This document shows positions 52,601 to 61,438 of a stretch of DNA of 64,000 nt, in pieces. The stretch is from positions 499,596,001 through 499,660,000 of the forward strand of contig CM097882.1 in the NCBI GenBank assembly GCA_044892505.1. The letters are read 5' to 3'. The position numbers and the translations under genes were made by a program. The first letter of the stretch is position 1, and every line of letters begins with the position of its first letter. This stretch comes from Schmidtea nova (Eukaryota). The notes beneath the pieces were generated by a model. That model searched no databases. It was not told where the DNA came from and was given only the letters and a program-made list of their open reading frames with translations.

Positions 52601-53530
52601 AAATGGTGTCAGAAGTTACTACCCCTCTCCATTAACATTTATATTTTATATTATTTTATTTCCACCTCTATTACTTTTTCTATCCCTTCCCAAATGAGGG
52701 CGCTACAACCCTGGGCGGGACTAACCGTATTGAAGATGCATAGAAGCCACATCATAAGACCAACCGGTTTTTTAAACATTGAGAAGACGCAAGTATCACA
52801 CAAGTTTCTCTTCCGGTGTCCTAACAAGACTTCCGGATGGCAACCTCTGTGTCCAACGAAGTCACAATTGACCTCAATGACTTCATTGCTCCTATCAATT
52901 GGTGTCCCAAGAGAAACGCACCGCCATTTTTTTGTCAGGAAGTCCCAATCTGCGGCACATACCCCAGTCATCATCACCTATTTCGACATCGTCCCTCGTT
53001 TGACTGGAGGAATGCAAACTGACGATACTAACACAGACTGCGAAATCAGCCACATTCAACCGCCAACACAACAAACAACACCAGTTATTACCCCAATACC
53101 GTTTTTCCTAGACGGCGTTGGCTCCCACAAACGTGGTTCCTGGCATTAGAAGTGACTCCAACTTTTCTACCCACTCAATCTCAAGGACAGAAGTTTGGTG
53201 CACTCTTGTCCATGCTTTATTGTCCAAGTATTATTAAATTTATTTGTAAGATTACATAAAATTAAAAGCGGGGAAACAAAATTAAATTGATGAATCGGCA
53301 ACCACACCAAAAATCACAATACCAGTAATACCAAATACAACATTCCAAAATCATACATTGGATCTCGATATTTGGTGTTCCTCTACATTTCATTACCGAT
53401 CAAGGACCCCAATTCGAATCCAATCTTTTTAAACAACTTTCTGCACAACTAGGAATTAAACACCTGAGGACTAGTACCTACCACCCACAAACAAACGGAG
53501 CTGTCGAGCGGTTTCACCGCACACTCAAGA
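49680..53530 (+). pseudogene. Decayed Gypsy gag-pol
   Basis: gag PSSWFHIIEA and KFLYALPYHIQ. Protease ILGVDFL. RT SFRPCSDFRALH, STIDLAKAF, AYLEDIF, KCQLFKPRIRFLGH. RNase H QTDDTN. Integrase FGVPLHFITDQGPQFES...YHPQTNGAVERFHRTLK. Confidence 0.9.
52106..52588 (+). repeat. Inverted, internally deleted copy of the ankyrin cassette inserted in pol
   Basis: 52106-52430 = reverse complement of 54821-55143. 52431-52589 = reverse complement of 53591-53749. Third partial copy at 53226-53323. TCCG lies on both sides (52102-52105, 52589-52592). Confidence 0.9.
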
Positions 53531-53546
53531 CATCCCTCCGAATTCT

Positions 53547-54629
53547 TTAAACTTCAAAGAACTGGACAAAGGCCCTATAAAAAGCCCTATAAATCACATC
53601 AAGGTATTCTGATTTTTGGTGTGGTTGCCGATTCATCAATTTTATTTTTGTTTCCCCGCTTTTAATTTTATGTAATCTTAAAAATAAATTTAATAATACT
53701 TCGTGGTGTTCCGGTGGCCGAAGTTTGTGTTGCTTGGCAACTGCATTTGTGTACGGGGAATTGAAACTGTGAATTGAACTCTCATTTTGAATTTGAACTA
53801 CTGGACTATATTTGGAAATATTTATTTTTAAAATACACAGAACGTTGTATTTATTTGGCTCCAGGGAACGTACGTCGTAAGAGATTTTATCAATATTATA
53901 GTTGCCTGTCACTTTAATGTCATTGTTTAATAATTCTAATGAGGTAAATTGGAGCGTATTGGAATATTTATTATGGAATAAGACCATACAGTTTATGGAA
54001 ATAGAATGTCTGTATATAAATATTGTTCTTTCCGGGGATAATTTCAATTGAGACAGACACTGGGGAGTCGTTGCAACATAGTATGATTTTATCGACAAGT
54101 ATTTATTATTATCATCATTACAAATGATACAATAATCATCTTCTTTATCAGTAAGCTGTTTGAAGAATGTTGTGAACACTGTATCACCAGCAGAATTGGA
54201 GGAACAGAAATCCTGGTGCACAAACGAAAATATGTCAATGAGGGTTCTATTGGTTGTTATTATCGACAGATAAAGTGGAGTACTGATGGGTATTTCGCAA
54301 TCATTAATTGAGATCAGATTGCGCATCAGAATATATCTTACCATTCCTTCCTCCCCATCGATGACGGCGATATGCAGCCGATTAGAACCTGCTTTATATT
54401 CAGTCTGCGAGAAGTCATTTCTCTTCTCTGATATTTGTCTAATTTCTCCCACTGCTTTAGATAAGTCATGTTGCTCCAATTTATAAACTTTTTTAACCAT
54501 CAAATCGAAAAATTTAATTCTATTTTCAATGGCAGAGATCTCCAAAAGTAAATGACCACTTTGTGCAGTGAAGTCATTAATTGCTTTAGCTGGACAATTA
54601 GTAGCAAAATATCGGGAAAAATTGGTCAA
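53547..54629 (-). CDS. Intronless 360-aa protein with 2-3 divergent ankyrin repeats
   Basis: Uninterrupted ORF. GSNRLHIAVIDGEEGMVRYIL, STPLYLSII and NSAGDTVF follow ankyrin consensus spacing. C-terminal half unidentified. Confidence 0.65.
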   Translation of the reverse strand: MTNFSRYFATNCPAKAINDFTAQSGHLLLEISAIENRIKFFDLMVKKVYKLEQHDLSKAVGEIRQISEKRNDFSQTEYKAGSNRLHIAVIDGEEGMVRYILMRNLISINDCEIPISTPLYLSIITTNRTLIDIFSFVHQDFCSSNSAGDTVFTTFFKQLTDKEDDYCIICNDDNNKYLSIKSYYVATTPQCLSQLKLSPERTIFIYRHSISINCMVLFHNKYSNTLQFTSLELLNNDIKVTGNYNIDKISYDVRSLEPNKYNVLCILKINISKYSPVVQIQNESSIHSFNSPYTNAVAKQHKLRPPEHHEVLLNLFLRLHKIKSGETKIKLMNRQPHQKSEYLDVIYRAFYRAFVQFFEV

Positions 54630-55970
54630 GTATTATTAAATAGTGAGACAAATAATATCAAGTAACTAATGATATATTATAAATAATATCAAGTAACTAA
54701 TAAAATTCGTAAGCGTTAACTAATATATTTTTAAAATTTATTGTGCGCGGTATCCGCTAACATATTTTTTAAACAACTTTTTACAACTCATACTTTAATT
54801 TATAAAAATAACAAAATATTCAGTATTACAAAATTTTTACATAGATAATTACACCACATTAAATATAAATAAGACAAGGCATTAAATGATTATAACATCT
54901 CTAATCAAAGTATATAATATTATTATCAACAAACATATTAATTTATTTAATCAAAATTAGTAATTATTAATTCAAACAGACACAACTAAACACATACAGT
55001 TAAAAAAATATCCAAACATTACTAACGAGAGCTATTATGGTGTATAAAATATACAATGAAACAACAAAATACATCGACATAATAATAAAAACTTTAAAAC
55101 ACTCTTTGATTGAATGGACATGATGTGACAACAGAACATTACATAATTAAAAGGCCCGATAATTAATCCTCTTACGCTTCATTCTGTCCCCATACGCTCC
55201 GCGTTCTTCGGCGGGGCTATTGGAGTGCCTCTACTTTATGCATATTTATAATAAGCTAAATATACTAAATTATTATAATATACTAAATTATAAGAAACTA
55301 GGCTTTATCCCGTATGTATAAGAAAATACTTTTGTAAGCTGTAAAAAAAATGCAATCTCGAATAAATGGAATTAGTGAAAAGAAAATGCTCGGTTTGAAG
55401 AGATAAAAACTATTTCTTAAATAATAAAATTTTGTTATTCTTAATTACCGTGTATTTAGGAGTCACGATTCTAAACAATTTGGTTAGATAAATTTAAGCA
55501 TTAATACTTATTACATACTATATTCACCAAAACTCAATTTTACGATTACTTGACAAATAATTTTGATTTCAATTGGCTTGATTGTGTAAAAATTGCAAGT
55601 GGACCTCAGTCACTAAATATAATGTAATGGAAGACTTATAGATAAAATGATGATATTAATGAGTTAATTTTGTTAACTTTTTTATAAAAAAATACAATAC
55701 TTCTTTAATTGTTTCTACATTAATTTAATTTGATTATTTTTCTAAGGGCGGATATAGGTTGCTGAAAGAACTCTAGAGAAAGGTATTAGATATAATATCA
55801 TAAATGCAAACACAATTGTTCAAATTTTGAAAATTATAAAAACATGACTCAATCCACTATGAAAATAAAAGGCTCATATTATTACCCGATTTATTGAGCT
55901 GCAGTAAGCGTATCAAAAGTTATTTTAATTAATCAACAAAAACTGGATAAATAATTTATTAATAACAACG

Positions 55971-58757
55971 TCAAATAGGTAATGGTATTTTTGCGGCAAC
56001 CAGTGGTAAAATATCCTTGGTTTTCGATTTCCAATTAACTACATCTTTGCTGATTGGGCACCAATATTCCCCAAACCTCGGTTCCGCCATCACGCATCGG
56101 GTCATCACTTCTTCCTTTTGGCTTTCCGTTCCGTAAATGCTCTCCAACTTATACAGGTAGCCCCATGCATCGCCGAACAATTTCTCAACCTTAATAGTTT
56201 TCATCAACCAACTCCTAGCATTAGCGATTTGTCCTTGCTCCCAAAACACCTTCGCAGCCGCAAGCAGCACGTGTTCACTGTGTTCACATTTCGAAAGCGC
56301 ATCTCGTGACTTGGCTATCCTATTCTTCTTCGGCACGATATTGATGCTCTCCGCCCACAAAATCCCCGAATCCGGACAATGCTGCAACGCCCTTGACATT
56401 AAATTGGTCGCCAATTCCGCATTATTATCCCGCAACTCCAACCGAATCGATGCCAACCACAACTCGGGAATTTTCATATTTTTCGCTTTCGCTCTTTCCA
56501 GCGTATTTCTCGCCATGGAAACGCAGTTCAATTTCTCCTCCAAATTCGCCTGCAACGTCCAGAGCGCCACCGATTCCGGGTTTTTCAACGAGCCGTCTTT
56601 GTACGAGCCCAGCGCCAGCTTGAATTCCTGTTTCTGTTCCCTGACCTGCCCCAGCATCATCCACAGTTTGGGATATTTGGGAAATTTCTTTGTCGCTTCC
56701 AGTAGGAGATTTTCCGCCGAATCCAAGTTCCCTAAGCACCACTCGAGTCGCGCTGACTTCATCCAAACCCTATCGGTGCCGACATTCATTCTCGCCCTCT
56801 GTAGCAGCCTGTTAGCGCGGTCGAATTCATTGTTTTCCGATTCCAATTTCACAGCGGCCAACATAATCTCCTCGGAATTCGGATTGGCCGCGAATGCTCG
56901 ACTGAGCACATTCCTGGCACTCTCGACATCTCCGGCTTCCCATTTCGATTTCGCCGCCATCAGCCACAACACCTCCACCGTATCGCAATGCTCAACCGCC
57001 TGACTCAGTATTTTCTCATAGTTCTCCCTCGTTCCGTGTTCCTTTTCGAACGCCGCCGCCCGCTTCCAAATTCCCTTCTTTTTCGATAAATTCGAAATCG
57101 CGATCGAATAAATCGCCCTAGCGCACTCCAGACATCCGTGCTCCTCGCAGGCCTCCGCGTCCGCAAGCCACGTCCGCTTCCTGTCCTGCTCATCGACCCC
57201 TATGCTTACAACTCGCTGGATGATTTTCTGCGCGGTGACTTTGTTTCCCGACTTCTCCGCTTCTTCCGCGTCCTTTATCCACTCATCGCGATTGATTTCC
57301 ACCATGTTCGATTTCAGCACTTCAATCGCTCGTTGGATGAGTCTTTCGATTTTCTCGTCGTTGCCCTCGGCTTCCTCCAGCTTGCAAGCCGTAATCCAGA
57401 TCTGGCGATCGTTTGGTATTTTCTGTCGGGCTGTATTCAACACTGCTCGAGCTTCTGTGGGATTGTTCAGTTTAGCCAGCGCCAGCCACAATTCAACACT
57501 TGTCGGGCAGCACTGAACTGCTCCTTCCAGCAATTGCTTCGCTTCTTCGGGATCGTCTTCCAATTCGACACTCAATTTCCATAATTTCACCGAATCTGGA
57601 ATCACCGATAACGCTTTCCGGTAGACAATTCGTTTCGCTTTCAAAGTTTCCTCTAAGTTAGCTCCAGCCACCCAAAGTGAAACGGAATTCGGAACGTGCT
57701 TAATTGCTTTTGATGCAACGCTTTTCGCCTGTGAGATATTATCCACTCCACCGTACTGTTTCATTATTCGGATCGCTTCTAGCCACATTTCTTCACTTTC
57801 CGGGCAATTTTCACAGCCTTTCATTACCAGTTGTTTCGCTTCGTGGATTTTTGAGAAATGTTCCTCGAATCTCACAATTGATATCCAACCGCTGACTTTG
57901 TGAGGATTTGTATCGGTCATAGATTTCAATAGCAATCGACTCTTTTTAATGTCAGCTACTTCACTTCCGCTGGGATTCATGCTCATTTGGGGTAGCATTG
58001 ATTGTAAATCCGTTAAATAACCCTTTGGATCTATAACTGTCTGTCCATTGACGCTATCAGAAACCCGACTCAATTGGCTGTCCATTAGCAGAGTTCGTGC
58101 CTTTCCAATACGTTGCATATCGATATTATCCATTGGTGTTTGTAATCCATTTCCAGTTGTTGTTGATGACATTCGAGGATCTATTACATTCATTTGGTTG
58201 TCTTGATATTCTTTTGCAATCAAACTATCCGGCTTTGGTACATACAAATCTGGTCGGGGATTTCGTTGTTTTCGGTTGCGAGAATCTCCGACTTCGGGGA
58301 TGTTTTTCCATTCGTCGAATGAAACATTTTTTAGTTCACGTTTCAAATCCACGAAATTCTGTTGGATTTTCGGTCGTTTTCGGCGATAATTTTCGATTTC
58401 TTTCTGTTCACGGATTTCTCGATAAGCTTTTCTTCTTTCATCCATATGCTTGTCAATGTTTTCATAGATCGTGTCGGCTTCAATGTCGTCTTCTTCGTAT
58501 GGATCTTTCGAGCAAATGTTACCACCGTAACCGCTGAACTCATCATAGTTTGAGTCGTTTAGATTTTCATTGTCTTCGTCTTCCCTTGTGCGTTTATGTT
58601 GAAGATGTCTTTCATCTGGAACATCAGTGTCATCTCTTGCTGGACCGATATCGGATCTAGTTGTGAAACCCGTTGCTCCACGGCCCATTCCAGCCACATA
58701 GCCAGATGGGGCTGGAATTCCTAGAAATTCTTTTCGCTTTTTTGTAATAAGATTCAT
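55971..58757 (-). CDS. PRPF6: Pre-mRNA processing factor 6 (U5 snRNP 102 kDa), 928 aa, intronless
   Basis: N-terminal [53 protein letters not shown], a long HAT/TPR array and C-terminal [12 protein letters not shown]. Confidence 0.98.
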   Translation of the reverse strand: MNLITKKRKEFLGIPAPSGYVAGMGRGATGFTTRSDIGPARDDTDVPDERHLQHKRTREDEDNENLNDSNYDEFSGYGGNICSKDPYEEDDIEADTIYENIDKHMDERRKAYREIREQKEIENYRRKRPKIQQNFVDLKRELKNVSFDEWKNIPEVGDSRNRKQRNPRPDLYVPKPDSLIAKEYQDNQMNVIDPRMSSTTTGNGLQTPMDNIDMQRIGKARTLLMDSQLSRVSDSVNGQTVIDPKGYLTDLQSMLPQMSMNPSGSEVADIKKSRLLLKSMTDTNPHKVSGWISIVRFEEHFSKIHEAKQLVMKGCENCPESEEMWLEAIRIMKQYGGVDNISQAKSVASKAIKHVPNSVSLWVAGANLEETLKAKRIVYRKALSVIPDSVKLWKLSVELEDDPEEAKQLLEGAVQCCPTSVELWLALAKLNNPTEARAVLNTARQKIPNDRQIWITACKLEEAEGNDEKIERLIQRAIEVLKSNMVEINRDEWIKDAEEAEKSGNKVTAQKIIQRVVSIGVDEQDRKRTWLADAEACEEHGCLECARAIYSIAISNLSKKKGIWKRAAAFEKEHGTRENYEKILSQAVEHCDTVEVLWLMAAKSKWEAGDVESARNVLSRAFAANPNSEEIMLAAVKLESENNEFDRANRLLQRARMNVGTDRVWMKSARLEWCLGNLDSAENLLLEATKKFPKYPKLWMMLGQVREQKQEFKLALGSYKDGSLKNPESVALWTLQANLEEKLNCVSMARNTLERAKAKNMKIPELWLASIRLELRDNNAELATNLMSRALQHCPDSGILWAESINIVPKKNRIAKSRDALSKCEHSEHVLLAAAKVFWEQGQIANARSWLMKTIKVEKLFGDAWGYLYKLESIYGTESQKEEVMTRCVMAEPRFGEYWCPISKDVVNWKSKTKDILPLVAAKIPLPI

Positions 58758-59578
58758 TTTAACAGCAACTTAAAATTACTCACTCTTTCAGTAAATGTTA
58801 AATTAATAAAAATAATTATAATTATAGAAATTATTAAAACAAGAATAATTATTATCACAAATTATAAATTAATTTCGCTATATTAATATAAATAAAAGAA
58901 ATTTTAAATTTTAATAACTTCAAAAGTTACTCATATATTCAATGTCATTAACATCCTTGATATGGACCAAATTTTATCTTTTTCTAATTTTCAGAAATTT
59001 TTAATGTAATCATACATTTAAAATAAAGAGTTTCTCATTTACCATACCAGATTTCATAAATTTAAGTACAACAGGCCTAATTTTATATACGTATTCTCAA
59101 TAATATTTTTTTGATTTTTAAATAATTTTTTAATGTAATTTTTAAGTTAATTTATTTTATTTAAATGTAACAAGCTGTTATTTTGTTGACTTGGTGGGTT
59201 GTTGACAACCAAGATGATCTTGACATTTCCATTTCTCATGTCAACAACTCATCACATAAAACATTAGCTAACTATTTTGTTGCCCGCTACAAAGTAACGT
59301 TGGTAATGCTACAAATGGATGGATATTCGCAATTAGTGAGCTTCATAAAAAACAATTCAGGACTATGATTGACCGAATATCGCAGTGAGTTCAGGGGCAA
59401 TCGATGGAAGGTTCTTTACTTATTTTGTCCCTTACTCCAGCTATATTGTACATCTATTTTTAAGATTTTAATAAAGATTAAGGTAAAGCTAGTTTAATAA
59501 TTTTCTTATTAATTAATTAACAAACAATATTAACTTATAATGTCAATACAAATTTATATCAAATTTATTTTATATCCC

Positions 59579-60193
59579 TTGTTGTGATATAATGTTTTAA
59601 TTAGTATTTGTGTTGAGAATGTGTTGAAATTTTGCAGGTTATTAATTGCCTTTAAGAAAACTGTAGAGCCCAGCCCAGTCACCGATCAAAAAATAACTCT
59701 CTTGGGACAGCTGGAGTGAATGTTGTGTATGCTTGGTGTATGATTGCATGTGTATGTAGTTGATGCGAATATATAACAAGAGAACAAATAACAAAACTTT
59801 TAGAAACACTTTTGTTATTGGATAACAACATTAATAACACGTACTCACGTAATTTTATCTAGTTTGATTTTCAAAATTTTCTTTGGCTTTACAATTAATT
59901 GCTGTAATTTTCCAAGAATTGTTTTCTTCAGGAATTTGCTTTTCTTTGGTTTTACAATTAATTACTGTTTCTAATTGTCAAGTTTGCTATTGCTTTTTTT
60001 CTAAATTGTCAGATTCATATAGCAAATTTTTGAACTTGGTTTTATCAATTGTTATTGGTTATTGATTATGCTTTTTAAATTCGTAATTTTATATTTTTGA
60101 ATTTATTATTTTTAATATTATTATTGTCATAATAATAACAATAGGGCAAGTCCAAAATAACACATAGGGTGGTTATAATAAAATTATACAGCA
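59579..60193 (-). repeat. Dispersed repeat of unknown class, copy 3, flanked by 70-bp direct repeats
   Basis: GAGCCCAG...GGGACAGCTGGAGTGAATG block and minus-strand GTGAGTA (59842-59848). Direct repeats at 59509-59578 and 60194-60263. Confidence 0.55.
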
Positions 60194-61032
60194 TTAATTA
60201 ATTAGCAAACAACATTAACTTATTATGTCAATACAAATTTATATCAAATTTATTTTATATCCCAAATTCAAATCAACAATTATTTCCAAATATATGGTAC
60301 AACAATAGACAAAATAGAAGCATTAAGATCACTGTTTTCTGTTTACGAACCTCCAGTCAAATTTTGAGTCGAATTAATCGATCTGCGGCTTCTAGATAAC
60401 AAAACAAATTTAATAACTGTTTTGATTGCTATACCCTTCATCGCTCGGAAATTTAAAGGCATATACAAACAGATTTTTAACATTCATAATCTTTAATTAC
60501 CATTCCCCACAATTTGTTATGACTCAATTTTGGATGGAAATCAAGTACAAGAGAGATTAGTAGTATAACCGGGAATTATTCCTAAAATTTTGGAATCACC
60601 GGCAGCTGATTGGCACTACATCTATACCTCGCTTTGGAGGAGAAAACTTTTTCCAACCCTTGAACCATTATTATTGCTCGGGAAAATCTTATCCCTAGTT
60701 TTGAGACAGTACATACGATTTCCTAATAAGGATCGAGGAATCCGAATGAAATTTTGGCTATGGTTCAATTTCTATATGTCGTAAGTTTTTGAACTAATGA
60801 TTTTATTCCTTTTCCTTTTTATACACTCTATTTTATTCAGTAATGCATATTTAAATGATAAAATTAAAAAAAACTTTAAAATTATTAGAATTAGAAAGAA
60901 TTTAATTGTAATTATATATTGAATCGATGCCATTCGTAGAGTATGCAGAATGTGATGACAAAAAAGAAATTTGTGTGCATTTTTGGTTGGATTTTACAAT
61001 ATTACCCACAGTTCATTTTTATTAGTCTAGAC

Positions 61033-61438
61033 CAGCCGCATTAAACAGGCGGCCCGCGAGAGGGTCCAATGCAGCCCACGAAGTTTTTTTAATAAATTAC
61101 CAAAAAAAAGTTTATAATTTTAAATTCAAATTAATTAAATAACAAGAACTGCATAACGCAGTTAAAAATCAAATTTTTAAACTGATTTTTTTTAAATTAA
61201 AAGCATGACTTCGATATTTTTAATTAATGATTATTAGAAAATTAATTAATATTTTTAGTTTAAAATTTGACTCAAACAAAGCATAATCAAAGGTTATAAT
61301 AAAAAAATTGATCATTGTTGTAAATTATAACGAAACATCCGTATTCAATAATTTTTACTCATTTTTTTTCAACAGTTCCAAACAAAAGAAATAATATATA
61401 AAATGCCTATGAAAAAGAAATCAAAAATGGATGTTGAG
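61033..61438 (+). mobile_element. hAT (Charlie/Buster-like) 5' end, interrupted by the next element
   Basis: GTCTAGAC target followed by CAG...GGCGGCCCGCG. ORF start MPMKKKSKMDVE is cut at 61438 by the CAGGGCCGGATT terminus. Confidence 0.45.

Larger units (their letters stand above)
48280..55469 (+). mobile_element. Gypsy-type LTR retrotransposon region with cargo ORFs; LTR-like ends 48280-48483 and 55226-55469
   Basis: The two ends share TGCCTCT(T/A)CTTTATGCATATTTA through TATTTCTTAAATAATAAAATTTTGTTATTCTTAATTACC...GAGTC(G/A)CGAT. PBS follows the first. Decayed gag-pol lies in between. Confidence 0.7.

Noticed and set aside
52605-52618. Second TGGTGTCAGAAGTT identical to the PBS
   Set aside because: Falls in frame within pol (RFIKMVSEVTTPLH) at the expected post-RT position with no LTR before it. 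Treated as coincidence, although I cannot exclude a role in the local rearrangement.
56118-58553. Several 60-230-aa ORFs overlapping PRP6
   Set aside because: Antisense or alternate-frame shadows of a GC-richer coding sequence.
59660-59682. GAGCCCAGCCCAGTC as a possible excision footprint of the MITE seen in copy 1
   Set aside because: Duplication is 5 bp rather than 8 bp and the copies are too diverged to infer ancestry.
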